64,000 nucleotides of DNA from Mycobacteriales bacterium (lineage in GTDB: Bacteria > Actinomycetota > Actinomycetes > JAFAQI01). Location of the stretch: assembly GCA_035545635.1 (NCBI GenBank), contig DASZXY010000011.1:133805-197804 (forward strand), written 5' to 3'. Every line of letters begins with the position of its first letter. Position 1 is the first letter of the stretch. The translations under genes were made by a program, and so were the position numbers. Below, in pieces: positions 25,037-32,998 of this stretch. The notes beneath the pieces are model-generated. The model was not told the origin of the DNA and made no database searches. It saw only the letters and a program-made list of their open reading frames with translations.

Positions 25037-27997
25037 CTATTCGGCCTCAGTGTCCGAATCGGCCGACTCCTCGGCCCCGGTCAGGAAGTCGAGCAGTCCC
25101 ACCAGCTCCGACGCGCTGAACCGCCGGGTCTGCGAGGCGTGCGGCGTGATCGCATCGAGTGCCGGGGCGCCAGCGCCCTCCGCGTCGACCCCGTCGACGT
25201 GGATCGTGACGATCCGGCCGCGGTGCCCTTCGCCATTGCGACGGACCACCTGGCCGACCCGCTGGATCAGCTGCAGCTTGTCGCGGCTCGCGCCCACGAT
25301 GATCCCGAGACTCGGCGCCTTGTCGCCGGCACCCGCCAGCAGCACGACGTCGCTCGCGTCCTGGCTCGCGTCGCTACGACGGCCGAGCAGCCTCCGCTCG
25401 GGTCCGCCACTGAGTGGTCGGGTGGCGCAGCCGGCGGTGTTGAAGGTCTTCGTGACGTATGCCGCGTCGTCAGAGCTCTGCAGGAACACGAGCGCCGGAT
25501 CGTTGGAACGGATGTGCTCCGCGAGCGACTTGAGGACCGCGGCCTTGCCGGCTGCGCGCGAGACGATCTCGTCGCGTTTCGCGAGCGCCTTCTGATACGC
25601 GCGGGCCGCCGTCCGCGACGGACCCATCCGGCCGTCGGCGAGTGCAACCACCGCGGTCGCGAACTCGTGCGCGGGCTCCGCGGGCACACCGAAGTCGGTC
25701 ACCAGCTCGGCGGCGAGCGTCTCCATCTGCTGACCGAGTGAGTCGTACTCCGACTGCTCGCCGGTGTTGAGCGACACCGCGACGACCGCGACGTCGAACG
25801 GCGCGATCGCCTCGTCCTTCAGCGCCCGCTCGAAGCCCAGTCGGTAGCTGACCCGGCCGAAGTACGGATCGAGGTACGTCGCGATGCCGCTGTCGTCGCG
25901 TTCGTAGACGGCCGACAGACCGAGCCGCCACGCGTACACCGGGTCCAACGCGCGGGACTGCTCGCGCGTGCCGTAGTGATGCACCTGGTCGGCGACGACC
26001 ATCACCTTGTCGCTGATCCCGAAGATCGTGTTGGTGATCGCGTCGGATGCTGTCGTCACGACCACGTCCGCCGAGCCGATGTGGTCCTCCCTGGTGCCGT
26101 TCTGCTTCGCGACCCGGTTGATCGGCAATGCGGCGCGAAGCCCGTCGTACCAGCCGTCGACCTGGTCGGCGGTCGGCGTGATGACGAGCACCTTCATGCC
26201 TTCGTCGACCGCCTGCGCGATCGCCCAGTGCGCGAGCGCGGTCTTGCCGGCCCCGCTCACCGCTTCGACGACACCGCGGTGCCCGGCACGCCGCCACGCG
26301 GCGAGCGCTTCGCGCTGCCAGGCGACGAGGTCGATGTCCTCGGCGAGCGCTAGCGGGCGGTCGTCCGACCCGCCGGTGTCGCCTACCGGCTCGGGCGCGT
26401 ACGACGGCTCCGGCGCCGACACCTCGACCGGCGCGGCTTCCGTCTTGGTCTCCTCCGCGGCTGCCTCCGGCTCGCCCTGCAGCAGCGCGACCTCGGCCTC
26501 GAGCGACTGCATCCGACGCCGCGCGGCGTCGCGGTCGACGGTGGCCTTCTTCAGCTCGATCGCCATGTCGGCGGCTGCGCGGCGCAGCTCTTCGATCGTC
26601 GCCTCGTGCACCGCGACCTGACCGATCGCACGCGCAGCGTTCTCCTCGGCGAGCTCGATCTTGCGCGCCGCCTCGTCGAGCTGGCGTGAACCGTCCTCGT
26701 CGGCCTGCTCTGCCTCGAACTCGGTCTTGCGCAGCTGTGCCTCGAGCTCCGCAGCTTGCTGACGGACGGAGTCGCGCTCCGTCGTCACGCGCTCGCGCTC
26801 CGCGCGCTGCTCCGCGATCGTCTGCCGCAGCTGCTGTGACGCAGCCTCGAGTGCCGCGACCTGGTCGGTCAGCCGCGCGACCCGGTCCTCGGACGACCGA
26901 AGGCTCTGCGTGGTCTCCTCGAGCTTGCGCGTCGTCTCGGCGAGCTCGGCGACCTTCTCGTCGTACTGCTTCTGCGCGGCGGCCGCTGCCTTCTCCGCGT
27001 CGGCGCGGGCGGTGCGCAGGTCGACCTCGACCCGGCGCGCCTGCTCACTCCATTTCTCGGTCTCCTGCCGAGACGCCGCGAGCTGCGACCCGAGGTCGGC
27101 CCGCGCGTTGTTGAGCCGGTTGATGTCGTTGCGCTGTACCTCGATCTCGTCGCGCAGCCGCTCGAGCTCGGCCTCGGCGGTGGCGTGCGCCTCCTGCGCC
27201 CGATCGCGGGTGGCGGTGACCTCGCTCAGCTGGGCGCGCAGGTTGCCGTGCAGCTGCTGCAGCTCACTGGTCTCGGCGCGCTGCCGGTCCTCGCGGGCGG
27301 CCGCGTCGGCGGTGAACCGCTGGTGCAGCGCCTGCACCTCGGCGCGGTGCCGGTCCTCACGCGCCGCGACGTCGGTCATGAACGACTGCTGCATCGCGCG
27401 CACCTCGGCGCGGTGGCGCTCCTCGCGCTCGGCGATGTCGATCGCGAACGCTTCCTGCAGGGCGCGTACGCCGGCGGCTTCCGTGCTGCTCGCGTCGGCG
27501 GCCGCCGGGCCAGCCGGGGCGGCCGGGGCCGGGGGAGGCGCCGGTGGCGCCGCCGCAGCAGGAGCCGCGGGCTGCTCGGGGGCGGGCGGGACCGGGGGAG
27601 CCGGCGGCTCAACCGGCGTCGCGGTCTCGGTCGGGTAGACGTCGGCCGGCTTCGCCGCCTCGGCCTGGTTCGGGGAGGGCGCAGCGTCAGGCTTCGTTGC
27701 CGCCGCCGAGGTCCGGAACGGGTCCGGGTTGTGGCGCGCGGCACCGGCGCTGGCCGCCTCGCTCAGCGGAGCCGACGGCGCGGACCCGGGCGGCGGGCCG
27801 GTGAGTGGCGGCGGAGCGGTCGGGACCTTGGCGGTGCTGTCCGTCGGGTTGCTGACCGGCGCAGCCGCCGGCGGTGCCGTCTCTTCGGGCGTCGGTGCTG
27901 GGGACTTGCGGACGCGACCGCGTCGAGCGGGCGGTGCTTCCGCGGGAAGGATGTCGACCGAGCGTGCCTGAATGTCCTCGCCGCTCGAATCAGCCAT
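25037..27997 (-). CDS. Protein B: Pro/Ala-rich N-terminus + long coiled coil + ResIII/XPB-type SF2 helicase core (motif II is DQVH)
   Basis: WQREALAAW, motif I AVSGAGKTALA, Ia VLVITPT, II VVADQVHHYG, III RLGLSAVYERDD, VI LIQRVGQVVRR. The N-terminal roughly 190 aa are P/A-rich, followed by about 330 aa of coiled coil including 3 x 22-aa repeats. Confidence 0.8.
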   Translation of the reverse strand: MADSSGEDIQARSVDILPAEAPPARRGRVRKSPAPTPEETAPPAAAPVSNPTDSTAKVPTAPPPLTGPPPGSAPSAPLSEAASAGAARHNPDPFRTSAAATKPDAAPSPNQAEAAKPADVYPTETATPVEPPAPPVPPAPEQPAAPAAAAPPAPPPAPAAPAGPAAADASSTEAAGVRALQEAFAIDIAEREERHRAEVRAMQQSFMTDVAAREDRHRAEVQALHQRFTADAAAREDRQRAETSELQQLHGNLRAQLSEVTATRDRAQEAHATAEAELERLRDEIEVQRNDINRLNNARADLGSQLAASRQETEKWSEQARRVEVDLRTARADAEKAAAAAQKQYDEKVAELAETTRKLEETTQSLRSSEDRVARLTDQVAALEAASQQLRQTIAEQRAERERVTTERDSVRQQAAELEAQLRKTEFEAEQADEDGSRQLDEAARKIELAEENAARAIGQVAVHEATIEELRRAAADMAIELKKATVDRDAARRRMQSLEAEVALLQGEPEAAAEETKTEAAPVEVSAPEPSYAPEPVGDTGGSDDRPLALAEDIDLVAWQREALAAWRRAGHRGVVEAVSGAGKTALAHWAIAQAVDEGMKVLVITPTADQVDGWYDGLRAALPINRVAKQNGTREDHIGSADVVVTTASDAITNTIFGISDKVMVVADQVHHYGTREQSRALDPVYAWRLGLSAVYERDDSGIATYLDPYFGRVSYRLGFERALKDEAIAPFDVAVVAVSLNTGEQSEYDSLGQQMETLAAELVTDFGVPAEPAHEFATAVVALADGRMGPSRTAARAYQKALAKRDEIVSRAAGKAAVLKSLAEHIRSNDPALVFLQSSDDAAYVTKTFNTAGCATRPLSGGPERRLLGRRSDASQDASDVVLLAGAGDKAPSLGIIVGASRDKLQLIQRVGQVVRRNGEGHRGRIVTIHVDGVDAEGAGAPALDAITPHASQTRRFSASELVGLLDFLTGAEESADSDTEAE
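27272..27469. repeat. Three tandem 66-bp repeats inside gene B
   Basis: Units start with ctcggcgcg at 27272, 27338 and 27404. They encode FAIDIAEREERHRAEVRAMQQS / FMTDVAAREDRHRAEVQALHQR / FTADAAAREDRQRAETSELQQL. Confidence 0.85.
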
Positions 27998-28001
27998 AAG
28001 G

Positions 28002-28043
28002 GAAGTGTCGGCGTATGGACGGTGATCCGTCTACCCCGATCGG
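28002..28043 (-). promoter_or_regulatory. Upstream box set of gene B (GACACT 6 nt before ATG, plus a CCCGATCGG core)
   Basis: Plus strand gaagtgtcg at 28002-28010 (8/9 identical to the A and C boxes) and cccgatcgg at 28035-28043. Confidence 0.4.
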
Positions 28044-28080
28044 CCTATTCGCCGGTCCCGGCCACGCTCATCTGCGTGGC

Positions 28081-28614
28081 TTACGGCGTGACCTTGTCCG
28101 CCTGTACGACGAAGATGAGCGTTTCGTGCGGGCCGATCACCGGGGGGCTTCCCTGCGCGCCGTAGCCGAGCGACGGTGGGATCACCAGCTCGCGCGTCCC
28201 GCCCTGGTGAATGCCGATCAGTCCCTGGTTCCAGCCGTCGATGACCGGGGCCTGACCGAGCGGCGTGACGGGGAAGTCCTGGCCACCGGCGGTGAAGTTG
28301 GTGTCGAAGACCTTGCCCGTGCTGCAGCCCACTCCGACATAGCGGACCTCGACGGTGCTGCCGGCCGTCGCTGCAGGGCCAGTACCGATCTTGATGTCCT
28401 TCACGCCCAGCGACGTCACCGCGTAGGGGACCGGCGGGACGAACGGCACGTCGGCCTCGGGCGGGTTGGTCGCGATCGGCTTGCACGGCGGGCCCGTTGG
28501 CTTGGCGGTCTGGGTGGGCGACGAGCCGGTGGAGACCTTCGCCGTCCCGCCCGAGCTGCTGCTACACCCTGCCGTCGCGGCTACGAGCACGGCCGCAATC
28601 ATCACCCGACGCAC
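28081..28614 (-). CDS. FKBP-type peptidyl-prolyl cis-trans isomerase, lipoprotein
   Basis: GTG start. Lipobox LVAATAGC. FKBP core VEVRYVGV...GKVFD..., IDGWNQGLIGIHQGGTRELVIPPSLGYG. It starts 3 nt after the stop of gene C. Confidence 0.85.
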   Translation of the reverse strand: MRRVMIAAVLVAATAGCSSSSGGTAKVSTGSSPTQTAKPTGPPCKPIATNPPEADVPFVPPVPYAVTSLGVKDIKIGTGPAATAGSTVEVRYVGVGCSTGKVFDTNFTAGGQDFPVTPLGQAPVIDGWNQGLIGIHQGGTRELVIPPSLGYGAQGSPPVIGPHETLIFVVQADKVTP

Positions 28615-28617
28615 AGG

Positions 28618-30816
28618 TCAGACGTTCTCACGCTGTGATGCGGGATCAACTGTCGGGTCGGGGGGCAATGTCACGATGCGACGCGCGGAGACGAGGAACT
28701 CGTAGAGCCCGTCCGTGTCACCCGCGGTGAACCGCTGCATTCGCTTCGCCTTTGGCCAGGCCGCCGTGATCGCCCGAGCTTCTTCGTTGACGGTGTCGTC
28801 CTCGACACTCGCTTCGATATAGAGGACAACCATCCGGACGTGGAAGCCCTGCGGCTTGCCGCCGAGGATCCTGTCCATCCGCTCGATCAGCTGACGGCGG
28901 GTCCGCGCCGGGCTGATGACGATGGCGAGCTCGACGTCCGTCGCGTCGTGCGGCTGATCCCAGCCACGCGGGCCGACCAGCATCCAGCTGTCCCGCTCGT
29001 CCTCGGCCTTGCCGCCGCGCCGGTTACGCGCCTCGCCGTCGAAGCCGATCCGCGCGGGGATCGTCACGCAGCCCTGGCCGACGAAGACCCGGTCGACGTG
29101 AGCCGCGACCTGCGCCGACGGGGCGATCACCAGTGCCTTCCCGGCGTTGCGCACCACCGCCGCCAACGACCGCAGTACCGAGTCGCGCGCCGTCGTTCCG
29201 GCGAGGATCTCGTCGCGTCGCGCGACCGCCTTCAGGTAGGCACGTACGGCGGCCTTTGCGCCGCCGCTTCCGGCGAGTGTTGCCGCGGCACACGCGTCGT
29301 GCTCATTCTGCTCGGGGTCACTCAGTGGCACCGACACCATCGCGAGGTCGAAGGACGCGATGACCTGCTCGTTGATCGCGCGGTCGTAGCCGAGCCGGAA
29401 CACCGCGCCGCCGAAGTACCGGTCGAGGTACATCGCGACGCCATCGTCGTCGCGCTCGTAGGAGGAGGTCAGCCCGAGTCGCCATGGATACGCCGGGTCG
29501 AGTGCCTTCGACAGTGACTCGCTGCCGAACTCGTGCACCTCGTCGAAGACGGCGAGCACGCCAAGACCCGGCTCGAAGGTGTGCTCCTTCGTCGCGGCCT
29601 GCGCTGTCGCGACAACGACGTCGTACGCGGCCAGCCGCGCGTTGCCCCTGCCGCCGGCATGCTTCGCGACGCGGCTGATCGGCAGCACCGCGCGCAGCTC
29701 GTCGTACCAGTGGTCGACTCGCTCCTGGCTCGGCGCGAGCACCAGCACCTTCATGTCGTTGTCGAGCGCGCGGCCGATCGCCCAGAACGCGAGGCGCAGG
29801 TTGCCGTCGGTGGTGACCGACTCGACCACGCCGCGATATCCCGCGTCGCCCCACGCGCCGAGTGCGTCCTCCTGCCACGGGTCCAGCGCGATCTCGGTGG
29901 CGAGGGAGACCGGGTGCTCCTCGTGGACGTCGGTCGCGACGCCGGCGCCGCGTGTAGCAATGAGCGGCATCCCATCTGGTGCGGCGGGTACGTCGGTCGG
30001 CAGGCCCGGTGCCGACAGCGAACGGATGTTGGCCCGCGGGTGGGGCGTGCGGGCGTGCTGCATCGCTTCCTCGAGCTGCGCGACGCGACGGTTGGCGGCG
30101 TCGCGCTCGGCGAGTGCTGCCTCGAGCTTGGCGCGGTCGTCAGCGGCACTTTCGGCGGCGAGCAGCGCGGCCTTCAGCCTCATCTCCGCCTGACCGGCCT
30201 TCTCCGACCACTGGTCGGCTTGCCGGTGTGCGCCGTCGATCGCCTGCCTGAGTTGTTCCGCCTCGGCGGTCAGCCGGGCCACCACGGCGTTGGCACGCTG
30301 CAGGTCGGCGCGGACGTCGGCCAGCTCCGCGGCGAGTGCAGCGCGTGCACTCGCGTACTCACCTTGCGCCGCGGCGCGAGCGGTTGCCAGGTCGGCTTGA
30401 GCGCTGGCGCGTGCTGTCGCCGCCTCTGCTTCGGCGGTCTTGCGCGCAATCGACTCGAGCGTGCAGGCCGCAACGGCATCGGCGAGCTGCTTGCGCACCT
30501 CGTCGAGGGCGTGGCGAAGCATCCGCACGTCGCTGGCCAGCCGGAGCACGTGCTCGGTCGGCTGCTCCCCGGTGCGCGGCACCGTGAGGTCCTCGTCCGC
30601 CTCGCGCACCGCGTGCAGCGCAGGTGAGGGAGGTGGCGGCGCGGCGGGGGCCGGCACGGGCCTGGCGGGCTCGGTGGTGGCCGGCGATCCCGGATACACC
30701 GGCCCGACCGTGGGGTCACCGAGGTTGCCGGACTTGTTGCGCCTGGCGCGGTCTTTCAGGTCTGCGGGCAGGATCGTGAGCGCAGGGGAACCCTGGGCGT
30801 CGCTCACTCCGTCCAT
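28618..30816 (-). CDS. Protein C: coiled coil + ResIII/XPB-type SF2 core lacking the P-loop (pseudo-helicase paralog of B)
   Basis: WQEDALGAW, with SVTTDGNLRLA where motif I should be. Ia VLVLAPS, II VFDEVHEFG, III RLGLTSSYERDD, and a degenerate motif VI LIERMDRILGG. Proline-rich N-terminus followed by an Ala-rich coiled coil. Confidence 0.8.
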   Translation of the reverse strand: MDGVSDAQGSPALTILPADLKDRARRNKSGNLGDPTVGPVYPGSPATTEPARPVPAPAAPPPPSPALHAVREADEDLTVPRTGEQPTEHVLRLASDVRMLRHALDEVRKQLADAVAACTLESIARKTAEAEAATARASAQADLATARAAAQGEYASARAALAAELADVRADLQRANAVVARLTAEAEQLRQAIDGAHRQADQWSEKAGQAEMRLKAALLAAESAADDRAKLEAALAERDAANRRVAQLEEAMQHARTPHPRANIRSLSAPGLPTDVPAAPDGMPLIATRGAGVATDVHEEHPVSLATEIALDPWQEDALGAWGDAGYRGVVESVTTDGNLRLAFWAIGRALDNDMKVLVLAPSQERVDHWYDELRAVLPISRVAKHAGGRGNARLAAYDVVVATAQAATKEHTFEPGLGVLAVFDEVHEFGSESLSKALDPAYPWRLGLTSSYERDDDGVAMYLDRYFGGAVFRLGYDRAINEQVIASFDLAMVSVPLSDPEQNEHDACAAATLAGSGGAKAAVRAYLKAVARRDEILAGTTARDSVLRSLAAVVRNAGKALVIAPSAQVAAHVDRVFVGQGCVTIPARIGFDGEARNRRGGKAEDERDSWMLVGPRGWDQPHDATDVELAIVISPARTRRQLIERMDRILGGKPQGFHVRMVVLYIEASVEDDTVNEEARAITAAWPKAKRMQRFTAGDTDGLYEFLVSARRIVTLPPDPTVDPASQRENV

Positions 30817-30821
30817 GAGAT

Positions 30822-30868
30822 GAATTGTCGAAAATCTCCGGATACTTCCGATTCACCCGAACGGGTGA
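30822..30868 (-). promoter_or_regulatory. Conserved upstream box set of gene C (GACAAT 7 nt before ATG, plus a 23-nt block containing a 16-bp palindrome)
   Basis: gaattgtcg at 30822-30830 and ttccgattcacccgaacgggtga at 30846-30868. The palindrome tcacccgaacgggtga is at 30853-30868. Confidence 0.5.
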
Positions 30869-30917
30869 CAGCCGACGTACAGCCCGCCTAAGTAATAAGG
30901 AAGCCCCCGACTCCGCT

Positions 30918-30973
30918 GATCTTGACGAAAGAAGGCGCTATAAGCCCCCATAGCGCCTTCTTTCGTCAAGATC
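30918..30973 (-). terminator. Hairpin with a perfect 24-bp stem and 8-nt loop; likely terminator of the DUF4190 gene or insulator before gene C
   Basis: gatcttgacgaaagaaggcgctat (30918-30941) / aagccccc / atagcgccttctttcgtcaagatc (30950-30973). It sits in a lower-GC spacer. No clean U-tract on the minus strand. Confidence 0.5.
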
Positions 30974-31039
30974 ACCGAGGTCGGGCAGTGCCTACTGGTC
31001 GGTTGCTGCAATCACTCACGCGTCCTTCGCGGCGGTCCG

Positions 31040-31888
31040 CTACTCCGGAGCGGAGAACGACGAACCCACCGAGCACAAGCCTTCCGCCTCGCTGAGAGAG
31101 CCGTAGGAGTTGGAGAACAGCGAGATGTTCTGGCTGTCGTACAGGTACCAGTCGCCTTCGCCTTGGAACGAACCCACGATGCAGTAGCCGGCGTTGCCGT
31201 CGGTCGAGAGCGCGATCTCGGTGCCGAATCCTTTTACGTAACCCTCGGCTGTGAGGTCGCTCACGTTGGCTGTGTAGACGTCGTTGTCGGTCAGGAACGA
31301 CTCTTCTGCGGTCGCGGCGTTGCGCATGTCGGCCCGGACCTGAGGGGCCTCGTTCTTCGATACTTCCGAGTTGAACGTCGAGACGGCTCCCGCGACAACG
31401 AGGATGAAAAAAACCGCACCGGCTACCCCGAGGTAGCCGAGAACGAGGCCGGCGGTCGCCAGGCCGTTGCCGCCCTGACCCTGTTCGCGGATCTGCTTCT
31501 TGCCCACGTGCCCGAAGACGATCGCCAGGATGCTGCCAACACCCCACAGCCACAAGATGCCGAGCACCAGGCTCGCGATCGACAAGCCGTTCGTCCCGGA
31601 GTTGGCGACTTGCCCCGGATAGGGCGCGCCACCCATCGGGTAACCGCCGCCCGGCATCAGGTAGCCGGCAGCCGCTGGCGGCGGTGGTGGCGGCGGCGGA
31701 GCTGCTGCTGGCACCCACTGGGTGCCGTTCCACATCCACTGGCCGTCCGGGCTCAGTTGCGGTGGACTGGCAGGCGTCGGCACCTGCGTCTGCGGTGCCG
31801 GGACTGCTCCCGGAATCGCGGCCATGCCGCACGACGGACAGACGGCTTGGCCGTCGGCCATCGGATGTCCGAGTGCACACGTCGGCAC
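31040..31888 (-). CDS. Zinc-ribbon + Pro-rich linker + DUF4190-type membrane domain protein
   Basis: GTG start. CALGH...CPSCG, a poly-Pro linker, the DUF4190-like signature SIASLVLGILWLWGVGSILAIVFGHVGKKQI, a second TM helix, and a C-terminal extracytoplasmic domain. Confidence 0.75.
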   Translation of the reverse strand: MPTCALGHPMADGQAVCPSCGMAAIPGAVPAPQTQVPTPASPPQLSPDGQWMWNGTQWVPAAAPPPPPPPPAAAGYLMPGGGYPMGGAPYPGQVANSGTNGLSIASLVLGILWLWGVGSILAIVFGHVGKKQIREQGQGGNGLATAGLVLGYLGVAGAVFFILVVAGAVSTFNSEVSKNEAPQVRADMRNAATAEESFLTDNDVYTANVSDLTAEGYVKGFGTEIALSTDGNAGYCIVGSFQGEGDWYLYDSQNISLFSNSYGSLSEAEGLCSVGSSFSAPE

Positions 31889-32117
31889 GGAGTCCCCCGA
31901 TCCACGAAACCCCCAGGTTTCGCAGGACAGGTTGGCACACCAATTTCCTGCCCGTCACCCGACGTTGGCCAGAAAGGGCGAAGGTCGAAAGCTCGCGGTC
32001 AGGCGGTGCTGGGGTCGGGCTCTCGGCACCGGCAAGGCCGAGCGCCAGATGCATCGACAACGCCGCGGTCTTGGGCCACATGAGCGCTGAGACCCCCGCG
32101 CGTTGCCACCCGGTTGC

Positions 32118-32975
32118 TTAGCCGATGCTCTCTTTCGCCCACGCGTCGAGCTGCGGGGCGATCAGCGGCCAGCGGTGGAAGAGGCGCGCCGGCCCGTCCG
32201 CCATCCGCTCGTTCCACTCGGTGTCGCCCCATGGCGGCTCGACGAGCTGGGCGTTCGGCAGCAGCTCCGCGATCCGCTCCGACGTCTCGCGGGTGTGGTT
32301 GACGTCGCTCTCACCGCTGCGGAACACCAGCGCGGGTACGTCGATCTTGCGCGCGTCGTCGTTGGACAGCCCGGGCACGGCCTCGTCGGCGCTGTAGCAG
32401 TACGCCGCCATCCAGCGCTCCATCGTCGCGACGAACTGCGCGCGATCCTGGCCGAGGATCAGCTGCCGGTTGCGCGGGTTGCGCTCGATCACCTCCGCCC
32501 ACTCGGGCAGGGTCGCGACCTTCTCCATCCCGCCGGTCCACGCCGCCGCCAGTGACCCGCCGCAGTAGTGCACCCCCAGGGTCATCAACCCGTAGACGCC
32601 GCCGCTCATGTTCAGCATCGCGACGCCGGCTGTCTTGTCCGGGTGCCGGGCGGCCGCCAGCAGCGAGACCCGGGCGCCACCGGAGCCACCCATGATCACC
32701 GCGGGTGTCATGTCGAGCTGCTCGAGGAGACCGACGAGCACGTCGGCCTGCATCTCCGACTCCGAGTCACCGGTGAAGCAGACGTCGGAGGCGCCGCAGT
32801 TCGGCCGGTCCCAGATCAGCACCCGGTTGCCGCGTTCGGCGAGCGCTTCGGCGAGCTCGCGGATGCCTTCGTGGTCCTTGCTGAACCTTCCGCCAGGCGT
32901 GATGGACCAGTTACGACCGCTGTCGCCCACCACGTCGTACGCGATCTGCAGCCCCAGCACCGTTGCGGTCGCCAT
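32118..32975 (-). CDS. Alpha/beta hydrolase
   Basis: 285 aa. VLIWDRPNCG and nucleophile region VIMGGSGGA. Typical fold length. Confidence 0.75.
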   Translation of the reverse strand: MATATVLGLQIAYDVVGDSGRNWSITPGGRFSKDHEGIRELAEALAERGNRVLIWDRPNCGASDVCFTGDSESEMQADVLVGLLEQLDMTPAVIMGGSGGARVSLLAAARHPDKTAGVAMLNMSGGVYGLMTLGVHYCGGSLAAAWTGGMEKVATLPEWAEVIERNPRNRQLILGQDRAQFVATMERWMAAYCYSADEAVPGLSNDDARKIDVPALVFRSGESDVNHTRETSERIAELLPNAQLVEPPWGDTEWNERMADGPARLFHRWPLIAPQLDAWAKESIG

Positions 32976-32998
32976 GGGCTGACACTAACGTCAGGAAC

